A stretch of DNA of 64,000 nucleotides from an uncultured delta proteobacterium (GTDB lineage: Bacteria > Myxococcota_A > Polyangia > Haliangiales > Haliangiaceae), in contig CAWKDB010000010.1 in assembly GCA_963848295.1 (NCBI GenBank), forward strand, positions 3,456,001 to 3,520,000, given 5' to 3'. Below the pieces are notes generated by a model that had not been told where the DNA came from, ran no database searches, and was given only the letters and a program-made list of their open reading frames with translations. A program made the position numbers and the translations under genes. This document shows positions 1-10,363 of this stretch, piece after piece (positions within the stretch are counted from its first letter, which is position 1; every line of letters begins with the position of its first letter).

Positions 1-110
1 CCGCAACGACAGGCTTGGCCAAGACTTTCATGGAGCGATGACACCACGGTGGCGGGCGGATCGCGCTGGCACGAAGCGAGGCTGCCGGCGCCTGCCGCGA
101 TGCGCCGACT

Positions 111-138
111 TGCGACTGTTATCCCACATCGAGCGTCT
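111..138 (+). promoter_or_regulatory. Candidate ECF-sigma promoter (TGCGACT-N15-GCGTCT)
   Basis: Lies 8 nt upstream of ATG 147. The same bipartite motif (N16) precedes the ECF sigma gene at 14684; a CGTC -10 core is typical of ECF promoters. Confidence 0.4.
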
Positions 139-146
139 GGAGCTGT

Positions 147-1619
147 ATGCGTTGCTCTCTCGCGATCTCGCTCCTCGCCGCGTGCGGCGGTTCGAGCATG
201 ACCACGCCGGATGCCCCGACCACCGGCCCGACGTGCGATCTCACCGGCGTCGCCGCCGCCTCGGCCGACTTCGCGCTGCCCGGGCTCGGTGGCGGCTATC
301 CGACGATGGCGTTTCCGCAGATGGCGGACACCGCGGCGTGCGCCGGCGATGGCGAGTACAGCTACGCGACGCTCGATCTCCACGGCAGCGGCTCGCGCGA
401 CCTCGTGCTGACCCAAGGCTGCGGCGATCCGACGATCGGCGCCTCGAAGTGGATGGTGTTCCCCGGCGGTTCGGACGGGTTCACCCCCGGCGTGTCGATC
501 GCGTTGCCCGGGCTCGGTGGCGCCTATCCGACGCCGACGTTTCCTCAAACCGCCGGCGCCGCAGCATGCACGGGCGATGGCGAGTACGCCTACGCGACGT
601 TCGATCTCGACGGCGATGGCCAGCTCGATCTCGTGCAGACCAAAGGCTGCGGCGATCCGACGATCGGCACGTCGCAATGGACCGTGTTCTTCGGCACCGG
701 CAACGGCTTTGCCGGCGGCACCTCCTTCACGCTGCCCGGGCTCGGCGGCGCGTATCCGAGCCAGACGTTCTCGTCGACCGCGGGCACCGCGGCGTGTAGC
801 GGCGACGGCGAGTACAGCTACGCGCTCCTCGACCTCACCGGCGACGGCAAGCCCGATCTCGTGCTGACCGGCGGCTGCGGCGACGACACGATTGGCACGT
901 CGAAGTGGATGGTCTATCCGAACACCGGCAAGGCGTTCGGCCCGGGCCAGTCGTTCGAGCTCCCCGGCCTCGGCTCGAGCTTCCCGAGCAAGGCGCTGCC
1001 CGCGGTCGCCAGCTCGTCCTCGTGCTCGAGCACCGGCGAGTATCTCTACGCGACGGTCGACATCGACGGCGATCACAAGCCGGACCTCGTGATGTCGCAG
1101 AGCTGCAGCGATACGACGATCGGCGTGTCGGCGTGGTTCGTCTATCCGAACACCGGCACCGGCTTCGGGCCGGTGCAGCGCTTCATGCTGCCCGGCCTCG
1201 GCGGTGCTTATCCGACCACGACCTTCTCGGCGATCGATGACACCTCGTCCTGTTCCGGCGATGGCGAGTACAGCTTCGCGACCGTCGATCTGACCGGCGA
1301 CCACAAGCCAGACCTCGTCTTGACCCGCGCCTGCGGCGACGACACCGTCGGCACGAGTCACTGGATGGTCTATCCCAACACCGGCTCCGCGTTCGGGCCC
1401 GGCCAGACCTTCACCCTGCCGTCGTTGCCCGCAGGATTTCCGACCCAGCCCCTCGACGAGCTCACGTCCACCGCGTCGTGCGCGAATACCGGCGAGTACT
1501 CCTACGCGCTCGCGCAGCTCTCCGGTCAGCCCGGCATCGTCATGACCCGAGGCTGCGGCGACACCACCATCGGCACCTCGCGCTGGCAGGTCTACGCCGG
1601 CCACTGCGCAAATCAGTGA
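147..1619 (+). CDS. Lipoprotein with six ~76-aa FG-GAP/VCBS-like repeats (probable beta-propeller)
   Basis: Lipobox LLAAC; repeats with DxDGDGxxDLV Ca-binding-type motifs and two Cys each; 228-nt DNA period (276, 504...). Confidence 0.8.
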   Translation: MRCSLAISLLAACGGSSMTTPDAPTTGPTCDLTGVAAASADFALPGLGGGYPTMAFPQMADTAACAGDGEYSYATLDLHGSGSRDLVLTQGCGDPTIGASKWMVFPGGSDGFTPGVSIALPGLGGAYPTPTFPQTAGAAACTGDGEYAYATFDLDGDGQLDLVQTKGCGDPTIGTSQWTVFFGTGNGFAGGTSFTLPGLGGAYPSQTFSSTAGTAACSGDGEYSYALLDLTGDGKPDLVLTGGCGDDTIGTSKWMVYPNTGKAFGPGQSFELPGLGSSFPSKALPAVASSSSCSSTGEYLYATVDIDGDHKPDLVMSQSCSDTTIGVSAWFVYPNTGTGFGPVQRFMLPGLGGAYPTTTFSAIDDTSSCSGDGEYSFATVDLTGDHKPDLVLTRACGDDTVGTSHWMVYPNTGSAFGPGQTFTLPSLPAGFPTQPLDELTSTASCANTGEYSYALAQLSGQPGIVMTRGCGDTTIGTSRWQVYAGHCANQ

Positions 1620-1712
1620 CGCTGTCTCTTTTGTCACTTTGCGCCGTCGGGCAGCGCGCGCAACTCAGCGATATCCAACCAGAAGCGATGGGGACGCTGT
1701 CTCTATTGTCAC
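1618..1712 (+). repeat. Two direct copies of a 23-bp box (GGGGACGCTGTCTCTWTTGTCAC), 75 bp apart
   Basis: Copies at 1618-1637 (5'-truncated, overlapping the TGA) and 1690-1712; same family as 3955-4094. Confidence 0.9.
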
Positions 1713-1737
1713 CTTGCGGGTCAGCGGCGAGTCGGAT

Positions 1738-2574
<837 letters not shown>

Positions 2575-2630
2575 GCGCCGACCCTAGCAGGCTCCGCGAT
2601 CACGGGCTGGGGTCTGGTATATGTCTCGGG

Positions 2631-3074
2631 GTGAAGCTGAAGGTCGGTCCCGAGGTCGAAGCACAGATCGCGGCGCTTGGCGCGGGCTTTCTCCCGGCGC
2701 GAAAGTCCGGCGCGCTCGACGAGGCTGAACGAATCGTGCTCGGCACCTGGGCGCTGATTCCCGAGCCGAAACTCGAGTACGACTACTACGCGCAATCGCT
2801 GTCGCGGACGATCGTCGAGTTCTATCGCGACACCAAGCAACACGAGAAAGCCAAGCAATGGCTCGCCACGCTCGCCGCTGCCTACGAGGTCGAGGATCTC
2901 GCGAGTGACCCGTCATGCGCGATGCTCGCGGGCACCGTGCACTACGAGGCGGGTGAGCACGAGCGGGCATTTCTCTACTTCCGCAAGCTCTACGCCGACT
3001 ACAAGCGCCGGCCGTTCAAGCGCTACGACCCGCGTTACCTCGAGTTCACGCTCGACCGCCTGGGCAAGCGCTGA
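2631..3074 (+). CDS. Hypothetical TPR-like helical protein
   Basis: Clean ORF; helical repeat pattern (GTVHYEAGEHERAFLYF). Confidence 0.6.
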   Translation: MKLKVGPEVEAQIAALGAGFLPARKSGALDEAERIVLGTWALIPEPKLEYDYYAQSLSRTIVEFYRDTKQHEKAKQWLATLAAAYEVEDLASDPSCAMLAGTVHYEAGEHERAFLYFRKLYADYKRRPFKRYDPRYLEFTLDRLGKR

Positions 3075-3138
3075 TAGTAAAGTGTGTGCTTGACTATCGG
3101 GCTCGCCCCGGCTTATTACTTAAGCAGATGCTTGAGCA
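3075..3138 (+). promoter_or_regulatory. Two 8-6-8 palindromic operators of the ArsR-SRPBCC operon
   Basis: TAGTAAAG-N6-CTTGACTA (3075-3096, containing a TTGACT -35-like hexamer) and TACTTAAG-N6-CTTGAGCA (3117-3138, covering the ATG). Confidence 0.7.
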
Positions 3139-3454
3139 ACGACTCGACCGCGTGTTCTTCGCGCTCGCCGATCCGAGTCGCCGCGCGATGGTCGAACGGC
3201 TGACCCGCGGGCCAGCCTCGGTCAGCACGCTCGCCGAACCACTCGACATGACGCTCGCGGCGGTGGTCCAGCACCTCCAAGTGCTGCAAGACAGCGGGCT
3301 CGTTACGACGACGAAGCAGGGGCGCGTGCGGACGTGCCGCGTCGAACCTGCGGCGCTGGGCGCTGCGGAGGACTGGATCGCGAAGCGCCGTGCGCTATGG
3401 GAGCGCCGGCTCGATCGATTGGGCGAGGTACTCGCCGAAAGGAAAGCAAAATGA
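3128..3454 (+). CDS. ArsR/SmtB-family transcriptional regulator
   Basis: FFALADPSRR...AVVQHLQVL...KQGRVR signature; ATGA-coupled to an SRPBCC gene. Confidence 0.9.
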   Translation: MLEQRLDRVFFALADPSRRAMVERLTRGPASVSTLAEPLDMTLAAVVQHLQVLQDSGLVTTTKQGRVRTCRVEPAALGAAEDWIAKRRALWERRLDRLGEVLAERKAK

Positions 3455-3909
3455 CGACCACGATCATCCACGACACGTTCACGCTCGATCGCACCTACGA
3501 CGCCAGCGTCGCGGAGGTCTGGAAGGCGTGGACCGATCCCGCGCTGCGCAAGACCTGGTTCCACGGCCCCGATGGCTACGTCGAGTCGGAGCGCTCGATC
3601 GATCTGCGCCCGGGCGGTCACGAAGTGCTCAAGGGCCACATGAAGGACGGCACGAGCACCAGCTTCGTGTCGACGTTCCACTTCATCCACACCGAGCACT
3701 TCATCGTGTCGTCGTACGACATGGAGCTGAACGGCAAGCCGCTATCGTCGACGCTCGCGACCATGCAGCTCGAGCCCGCCGGCAAGGGCACGCGCCTGCG
3801 CTACACCGAGCAGGGCACGTACCTCGACGGCAATCCCGAGGCGGCGGCGAGTCGCAAGGGTGGCACGTCGTGGCACCTCGACAACCTCGGCAAGCTGTTT
3901 GCGCACTAG
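3451..3909 (+). CDS. SRPBCC/AHSA1-family protein
   Basis: TFTLDRTYDA..VWKAWTDP..WF, TRLRYTEQ motifs; classic ArsR partner. Confidence 0.88.
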   Translation: MTTTIIHDTFTLDRTYDASVAEVWKAWTDPALRKTWFHGPDGYVESERSIDLRPGGHEVLKGHMKDGTSTSFVSTFHFIHTEHFIVSSYDMELNGKPLSSTLATMQLEPAGKGTRLRYTEQGTYLDGNPEAAASRKGGTSWHLDNLGKLFAH

Positions 3910-3943
3910 CCGTGGAGATTTCGTAGCGGTGGCCGGATCTGCA

Positions 3944-4094
3944 ACAGGCACAAGTTGACAAAAGAGACAGCGTCCCCACGATCTCCACAGGCACAAGTTG
4001 ACAAAAGAGACAGCGTCCCCACGATCATAGCAATGGTTTCATTGAGTTAGCCGACGTCCGGAAATCCGGATGGTGACAAAAGAGACAGCGTCCC
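3944..4094 (-). repeat. Three copies of the 23-bp box, including a perfect 40-bp tandem duplication (period 43)
   Basis: Boxes at 3955-3977, 3998-4020 and 4073-4094; ACAGGCACAAGTTGACAAAAGAGACAGCGTCCCCACGATC at 3944-3983 and 3987-4026. Confidence 0.9.
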
Positions 4095-5090
4095 TCACGC
4101 GGGCTGCTGCTGCGTACAGCAGTGAAAGCCGCCGCCGCCGACGACGACCTCGCGACACGGCAGGCCGATCGCCCGCCGCGTCGGGAACAGCTTGCCGATC
4201 GCGGCGACCGCGCGCTCGTCGGCGGCGACGCCGTAGGTCGGCACGACGACGACGGTGTTCGCGATGTAGAAGTTCATGTAGCTCGCGGGGAGCAGTGCGC
4301 CGGCGGCGTCGCGGATTTCACCGGGCGACGGCGTTGTCACGACCTCGAGCTTCGCGGCGCGCAGATCCGCGAGGATCCCGGCGAGCGCGTCGCGATTCGG
4401 ATCGCCAGGCGCCGGCTCCATGCACGCGACGACACCTGGCGCGACGAACCGGGCGAGCGTGTCGATGTGGCCATCGGTGTGATCGTTCTCGAGGCCGCGA
4501 TCGAGCCAGACGATGCGGTCGGCGCCGAGCGCCCAGCGCAGCCTAGCTTCGAGCGCCGCGGCGTCGAGCCCCGGGTTGCGCGCGCCGCCGAGCAAGCATT
4601 GCTTCGTGGTGAGCAACGCGCCGGCGCCGTCGACCTCGATCGCGCCGCCCTCGAGCACGAAGTCGAACGCTGCGCCGCGCACGCCGGTCCACGCCATGAC
4701 GCGCGCCGAGACGTCGCTATCGCCGGCCATGACGTACTTGCCGCCCCAGCCGTCGAACCGGAACCGCGCCGCGGCGATCTCGCGATCGCGGGTCACGAAG
4801 ATCGGGCCGGTGTCGCGCAGCCAGACATCGCCGTAAGCGACGTGGTGGAACGCGACATGCGCCGCGGTCGCGCCGAGCAATGCGCGCGCTTCGCCTTCGT
4901 CGCCGGCATCGCGCACGAGCAGGTCGATGCGCTCGCCGCGGCCGCCGTCGCTGATCGCCGCGCACATCGCCATCAACGCGCGCTGTGGTGCGGCGAGCCC
5001 TTCGGCCCATTGCTCTCGATCGTGCGGCCACGCGGTCCACACCGCGGCATGCGGAGTCCACTCGGCCGGCATGCGGAACTGCGAGATCAC
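4095..5090 (-). CDS. aguA: Agmatine deiminase
   Basis: RMPAEW, DVWLRDTGP, LEGGAI, DHTDGHID, ASYMNFY, GGGFHCCTQQQP; GTG start overlaps the upstream stop (GTGA). Confidence 0.93.
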   Translation of the reverse strand: MISQFRMPAEWTPHAAVWTAWPHDREQWAEGLAAPQRALMAMCAAISDGGRGERIDLLVRDAGDEGEARALLGATAAHVAFHHVAYGDVWLRDTGPIFVTRDREIAAARFRFDGWGGKYVMAGDSDVSARVMAWTGVRGAAFDFVLEGGAIEVDGAGALLTTKQCLLGGARNPGLDAAALEARLRWALGADRIVWLDRGLENDHTDGHIDTLARFVAPGVVACMEPAPGDPNRDALAGILADLRAAKLEVVTTPSPGEIRDAAGALLPASYMNFYIANTVVVVPTYGVAADERAVAAIGKLFPTRRAIGLPCREVVVGGGGFHCCTQQQPA

Positions 5091-5611
5091 TCGTCGCTCT
5101 CCGGCTTTCGAGCCTGCGCCTGCGCCTTTAGCACCGTCACGAGCTCGCGGAACAGCGAGCGCGCTGCGCCGGGTGGCTTGCCGGTGTCGCGTTCGCGGCG
5201 CGCGTCTTGGATCGCGCGAGTCAAGTCGTCGGTCGCGCCGCCGGGAAGCTCGGCCGCCGCGGCGATGCCCTCGGTGATCAACCGCGTGCGCCACTGCTCG
5301 GCGAGCTTGAGCAGCGCCGGTGCCGCCGCGCCAGTCGTCTCGACCGTCGCGAGGCGTTGCTCGAGCGCGCCGAGATCTTCGCCGCGGAGATCGCCGGCGA
5401 GCGCGCGTTCGGCGCGGCGCCGCGCCCCGAGCGTCTTCGTGCCGCGCGCGCGATCGACCATCTCTTTCAGCTCGTCTTCGAGCTGGAGCTTCGCGATCAC
5501 GGCGTCCGAGAGCGTCATCAGTGTTCGCGCGAGCGCGGCCGATCGATCGCCCATCCGGCGTTGCTTGCGGCGCTCGATCTGGCGCTTGCTCTCACCGCGG
5601 TCATCTTCCAC
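5087..5611 (-). CDS. yjgA: DUF615 ribosome-associated protein (YjgA/DarP family)
   Basis: SKRQ..., LxxLSDAxIAKLxLxDEL, GARRR, EQWRTRLI, ARSLFREL pattern. Confidence 0.75.
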   Translation of the reverse strand: MEDDRGESKRQIERRKQRRMGDRSAALARTLMTLSDAVIAKLQLEDELKEMVDRARGTKTLGARRRAERALAGDLRGEDLGALEQRLATVETTGAAAPALLKLAEQWRTRLITEGIAAAAELPGGATDDLTRAIQDARRERDTGKPPGAARSLFRELVTVLKAQAQARKPESDE

Positions 5612-5623
5612 CGCACGACGATA

Positions 5624-7183
5624 CTACCGCCACGCCTCGTCGGGGACCGCGAGCGCACCGCCGATCCCGCGGCGGGCGGCGATGAACGCCTGCGCGAACG
5701 CGAGCGCCGAGCGGAACCGCTTCGTCTTGTCCTTCGCCATCGCGACCGCGAGCACGTCCTCGATCGCGCTCGACACGCGGCCGAGCGAGCTCGGGCGCAC
5801 CGGCGGCGTCTGCACGACCTGAAACACGAGCTCGGCGAGGTCCTTGCCGCGAAACGGCGAGCGGCCGGTCACGCAGCGATACGCGATCGCGCCGAGCGCG
5901 TAGACGTCAGCGAGATGATCGACGTCCTTGCCGAGCGCTTGCTCCGGCGCCATGTACTGCGGTGTCCCGACGATGCCACCGCCGGTCAGCGTGCCCTCGC
6001 TATCGAGCAACTTCGAGACGCCGAAATCGAGGATCTTCCAGCTCCCGGCTGCGGTGTTGAAGATGTTGTGTGGCTTGAGATCGCGGTGGACGATGCCGGC
6101 GGCGCGCGCGACCTCGAGGCCGCGCGCGACTTGATCGAGCAGCACGACGAGCTCGTCTTGCGGCAAGCGACTCTCGGCGCGCAACCGCGTCGCGAGATCC
6201 GTCCCGTGCAAGCGCTCCATCGCGATGTACGGCACGAGCGCGCCGGGCGGCGCCAGCTCGAGCACCCTGACGATGTACGGCGAGTCCAAGCGCGCCGCGA
6301 CTTCCATCTCGCGATGAAACCGCTCGAGGTGCGCCGGCGAGCCTGCCGCCTGCGCGTTGACGAGCTTGACCGCAGCGGGTTCGCCGTCGTTGCCGATCGC
6401 CTCGTAGACCTCACCCATCGCGCCGCGTCCGATCACGAGGCCGAGTCGATAACTGCCCATCGCCTGGCCGGTCCACCTGCCTTCGTTCACCCGCTTCGCT
6501 TTCGCGGCATCGTCGACGACCTCGGCGAGCGCTTGCTGCTGGTCGCCGATCAGCCGCATCGCGCTCTGCAGCTCGGCGAGCGCCGTCGAGTTCGTCTTTC
6601 GCGCCCACCGTCCGAGCGCATAACCCGAAGTCAAGAACACGACGATCAATGTCTCCGCCACCGCGAGCTGGGTCCGGCCCGCGACGATGCTCGACAACAC
6701 GCCGGGGTCGCGCAGCCAACCGAGTGTCATCGGAATCGCGAGCGCGAGGTGGCCGCCGATGCAGATGCAAGCGGTCGCCGCGGCGGTCCACCGGACGCGG
6801 CCGAGCGAGATGAACACGATGCCGAGCATGTCGACCATGACGACGGCGGAGAACGGCCCGAAGTAGTAGACCGCGCCCTGCACGCCGACGGTCGAGAGGA
6901 TCCACATCAGGCCTACCGCGGTCGGCTCGTAGCGCTTGGCGTCGAGCGTGAGCCAGGTCAGCACGATGTTGCAGCCCGAGATCATCCCCGCGCCGATCCA
7001 GAACAGATGGCGCGCGAACGGGTCGCCGCCGATCATCACCGACATCACGACCGCGGCGACCGGCGAGAAGATGCCGAACACGTGGAACATGCGCAGTCGC
7101 GCGAGCTCGCCGCGGTCGAGGACCTCGCCGGCCGTCGCCGTCACGCGCAACGACACGGTCGGTGTCTGCGTCTGGCGCAGCAC
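5624..7183 (-). CDS. Membrane-anchored Ser/Thr protein kinase (N-terminal multi-TM domain)
   Basis: GRGAMG, AVK, HRDLKPHN, DFG, APE; several N-terminal hydrophobic helices. Start may be CTG at 7225. Confidence 0.9.
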   Translation of the reverse strand: MLRQTQTPTVSLRVTATAGEVLDRGELARLRMFHVFGIFSPVAAVVMSVMIGGDPFARHLFWIGAGMISGCNIVLTWLTLDAKRYEPTAVGLMWILSTVGVQGAVYYFGPFSAVVMVDMLGIVFISLGRVRWTAAATACICIGGHLALAIPMTLGWLRDPGVLSSIVAGRTQLAVAETLIVVFLTSGYALGRWARKTNSTALAELQSAMRLIGDQQQALAEVVDDAAKAKRVNEGRWTGQAMGSYRLGLVIGRGAMGEVYEAIGNDGEPAAVKLVNAQAAGSPAHLERFHREMEVAARLDSPYIVRVLELAPPGALVPYIAMERLHGTDLATRLRAESRLPQDELVVLLDQVARGLEVARAAGIVHRDLKPHNIFNTAAGSWKILDFGVSKLLDSEGTLTGGGIVGTPQYMAPEQALGKDVDHLADVYALGAIAYRCVTGRSPFRGKDLAELVFQVVQTPPVRPSSLGRVSSAIEDVLAVAMAKDKTKRFRSALAFAQAFIAARRGIGGALAVPDEAWR

Positions 7184-7228
7184 CGGATCCGCCGTGGTGG
7201 CGTCGAGTTCTTCGGCGGCGGGCAGTGT

Positions 7229-8884
7229 CTAGCTCCAGGGATCGAGCGGCGGATCGAGCTTAACCGCACGACCGCGCCGTGCCGAGATAAACGCCTGCGC
7301 GAATGACAGCGCCGACGGAAACCGCCGGCGCGGGTCCTTGGCCATCGCGACCGCGAGCACCTCCTCGATCGCGGGCGAGATCCTCGCAAACGCGGTCGGT
7401 GCCGCCGGTGGCACGTGCACGACTTGATAGACGAGCTCGGCGATGTCCTTGCCGGCGTGCGGCGCGCGACCCGTGATGCAGCGATACGCGATCGCCGCGA
7501 GCGCATAGACATCGGCGGCGTGGGTGACCTCGCGCCCGGCGGCCTGCTCCGGCGCCATGTACTGCGGCGTGCCGACGATGCCCTCGCCGGTCAGCGTGCC
7601 CTCGTCGCCCAACAGCTTCGACACGCCGAAGTCCAGGATCTTCCAGATGCCACCTTCGTTGTTGAACAGGTTGTGCGGCTTGAGATCGCGATGGACGACG
7701 CCGGCGACCCGCGCGACCTCGAGTCCCCGGCCGACCTGGTCGAGCATCACGACGAGCTCCTCGAGCCAGATCCGGTTCTCGTTGCGCAGCCGCGTCGCGA
7801 GATCGGTCCCGTTCAACCGCTCCATCGCGATGTACGGCACGCGCGCGTCGGGCGGAGAAATCTCCAACACCTTGACGATGTACGGCGACGACAGCCGCGC
7901 CGCGACCACCATCTCGCGGTGAAAGCGCTCGACCAGGCTCGTGCTCGCGGTCGACCGCGCGTTCAGCACCTTGACCGCGGCGATCTCGCCGGTCGGCGTC
8001 TTCGCCTCGTAGACCTCGCCCATCGCGCCACGGCCGAGCACGAGCCCGAGGTCGAAGCTGCCGAGCTTGCGTCCGGTCCACCGGCCCTCGTCGATGCGGT
8101 TCGCGCGCGCGGCGTCGTCGCGCACTTCGGCGAGCGCTTGTTCTTTGTCGCCGAGGATCCGCATCGCGCTGCGCAGCTCGGAGAACGCGGCGGTGTTCGT
8201 GCGTCGCGCCCACCGACCGAGCAAGTAACCCATGAACAAGAGACTCGTCAGTAACCCACCGGTCATGTAGAGCGTCTTCGGCGCGATGCCGGCCGAGGTC
8301 AGCAAGCTGTGGTCCGCGATCGTGCCGCTCGCGATCGCCATCGTCATGACGAGCTCGCTCGTCGCGCAGATCGCGACGGTCATCGCCGCGACGATGCGGT
8401 GCCTGCCAAACGTCACGAACGCGATGCCGAGTACGTCGATCATGACCGCGCCCGAGAACGGCCCGAAGTAGAAGATGATCGTGCGCACGCCGATCACCGA
8501 GGTCAGCCAGCACGCCGCGGCGAGCCGTTCGCGATAGCGTTCGGACCGCGACGTCAGCCACAGCAGGGCGAGATTCGATAGCGACACCACGACCGCGCCG
8601 ATCCAGAACGCGAGCCGCACGTCGCGATCGCCGCCGAGCACGAACGACAGCGCGATCGCCGCGATCGGCCCGACCGCACCGAACAAGTGGAACGCGTGGA
8701 GTCGTGGCTCGGCATCGGGTCCGAGGTCGGGCGATGCCGACGGCGACGATTGCGACGACGACGAACCGGTCGTGTGCGAGCGCGTGCCGTGCGCGATGGC
8801 ATGAGGAGTCTCGGCCTCCGTGCCGCCGGATGCCGTGCCCTCGCCGGCCAGGACCGCCGTCGCGTCCGCGTCCGGATCCAACAC
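7229..8884 (-). CDS. Membrane-anchored Ser/Thr protein kinase, tandem paralog
   Basis: Same architecture and motifs as 5624-7183. Confidence 0.9.
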   Translation of the reverse strand: MLDPDADATAVLAGEGTASGGTEAETPHAIAHGTRSHTTGSSSSQSSPSASPDLGPDAEPRLHAFHLFGAVGPIAAIALSFVLGGDRDVRLAFWIGAVVVSLSNLALLWLTSRSERYRERLAAACWLTSVIGVRTIIFYFGPFSGAVMIDVLGIAFVTFGRHRIVAAMTVAICATSELVMTMAIASGTIADHSLLTSAGIAPKTLYMTGGLLTSLLFMGYLLGRWARRTNTAAFSELRSAMRILGDKEQALAEVRDDAARANRIDEGRWTGRKLGSFDLGLVLGRGAMGEVYEAKTPTGEIAAVKVLNARSTASTSLVERFHREMVVAARLSSPYIVKVLEISPPDARVPYIAMERLNGTDLATRLRNENRIWLEELVVMLDQVGRGLEVARVAGVVHRDLKPHNLFNNEGGIWKILDFGVSKLLGDEGTLTGEGIVGTPQYMAPEQAAGREVTHAADVYALAAIAYRCITGRAPHAGKDIAELVYQVVHVPPAAPTAFARISPAIEEVLAVAMAKDPRRRFPSALSFAQAFISARRGRAVKLDPPLDPWS

Positions 8885-8950
8885 ACCTCGAGCGTATCAG
8901 GCTTCCGGTCGCGGGCTTCCCGGATCGCGGGAGGTCAAACAGCCCCGACG

Positions 8951-9643
8951 CTACCCGTCGAGCCCGACGTAGATGTGCTGGACGTCATCGTCTTCGTCGA
9001 CCTCGGCGAGAAACTGTTCGACTTCTGCGCGCGCCACGGGATCGGCGACCTTCACAGGATTCTTGGGTCGCCAGCCGAGCCGCATCGTCGCCACCGTCCA
9101 GTCACGACCGGACAGCGACTTCGTGACCGCGTCGAGATCGCCGGTCTCGGTGTAGAACCGAAATCCGCCCTCGCCATCCGGCTCGAAGTCCTGCGCACCC
9201 GCTTCGATCGCGGCTTCTTCCGGGTCGGCGCCGGCGGGCGGGGTCGCATCGACGATGCCGACGTGCGTGAAGTCCCACGCGACGGCGCTGAGCTGGCCGT
9301 TGCGGAAGTGATGGCGAATGTTGACCGAGGTCCGCTTGTTGTTGTCGGTGAGGCACTCGACGATCACCGGCACGCGATGCGGCGCGAAGCCTTCGTAGAC
9401 CACCGTCTCGTAGGTCGTCACGTCATCGAGTAGGCCGGCGCCCTTCTTGATCGCGCGCTCGAGTGTGTCGCGCGGCATCGAGGCCTTCTTCGCGGCTTCG
9501 ACCGCCGCGCGCAACCGCGCGTTGGCCGCCGGGTCGGCACCGGCCTTCGCGGCGATGATGATCTCCTTCGCGAGCTTCGAGAACACCTTGCCCTTCGCGG
9601 CCGCGCTCGCGAGCCGACCCGCGTGCTTCCATTGTGCGCCCAT
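8951..9643 (-). CDS. yebC: YebC/PmpR (TACO1) family protein
   Basis: [51 protein letters not shown]. Confidence 0.92.
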   Translation of the reverse strand: MGAQWKHAGRLASAAAKGKVFSKLAKEIIIAAKAGADPAANARLRAAVEAAKKASMPRDTLERAIKKGAGLLDDVTTYETVVYEGFAPHRVPVIVECLTDNNKRTSVNIRHHFRNGQLSAVAWDFTHVGIVDATPPAGADPEEAAIEAGAQDFEPDGEGGFRFYTETGDLDAVTKSLSGRDWTVATMRLGWRPKNPVKVADPVARAEVEQFLAEVDEDDDVQHIYVGLDG

Positions 9644-9673
9644 GGCCGGCTTGTAACGTTGTACGTTGCCGCC

Positions 9674-10360
9674 ATGCAAGGCCGACGTGTCCTCGTCACT
9701 GGTGCCACCGGCGCGCTCGGCGCCGGCGTCGTCGCGAAGTTGCTAGCCGCGGGCGCCGACGTCTACGCGCCGATCCTCGAGGCGGCATTGCCGGCGCACT
9801 TGCCATGGCGCGCCGATCCGCGCGTGCACGCGATGCCGAACGCGTCGCTCGACGACGAAGCGCAGGTCGGCAAGCTCTACGACGTGCCCGAGCTGTGGGC
9901 CGCGATCCACCTCGTCGGCGGCTTCGCGATGGCGCCGATCACGTCGACGTCACTCGCTGACCTCGAGAAGCAGTGGCGGCTCAACCTCGTGACCTGCTTC
10001 CTCGGCTGTCGGGAGGCGGTGCGCGCGATGCAACGCGGCAAGGCCGGTGGCCGGATCGTCAACGTCGCGGCTCGGCCGGTCGTTGCGCCGGTCGGCGGCA
10101 TGCTCGCGTACACGACGGCGAAGGCGGGCGTCGCGGCGCTGACCCAAGGGCTGGCCGCCGAGGTCCTCGGCGAGGGCATCCTGGTCAACGCGGTGATGCC
10201 CTCGATCATCGATTCGGCGGCGAATCGCGCGGCGATGCCGAACGCCGACTTCGCGAGCTGGCCGAAGCCGGCCGAGATCGCCGAGACGATCGCGTACCTC
10301 GTCTCGCCCGCGAACGCGCTGACATCGGGAGCGCTCGTGCCGGTGTTCGGGCGCGCCTAA
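9674..10360 (+). CDS. Short-chain dehydrogenase/reductase
   Basis: [22 protein letters not shown]. Confidence 0.9.
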   Translation: MQGRRVLVTGATGALGAGVVAKLLAAGADVYAPILEAALPAHLPWRADPRVHAMPNASLDDEAQVGKLYDVPELWAAIHLVGGFAMAPITSTSLADLEKQWRLNLVTCFLGCREAVRAMQRGKAGGRIVNVAARPVVAPVGGMLAYTTAKAGVAALTQGLAAEVLGEGILVNAVMPSIIDSAANRAAMPNADFASWPKPAEIAETIAYLVSPANALTSGALVPVFGRA

Positions 10361-10363
10361 CCC

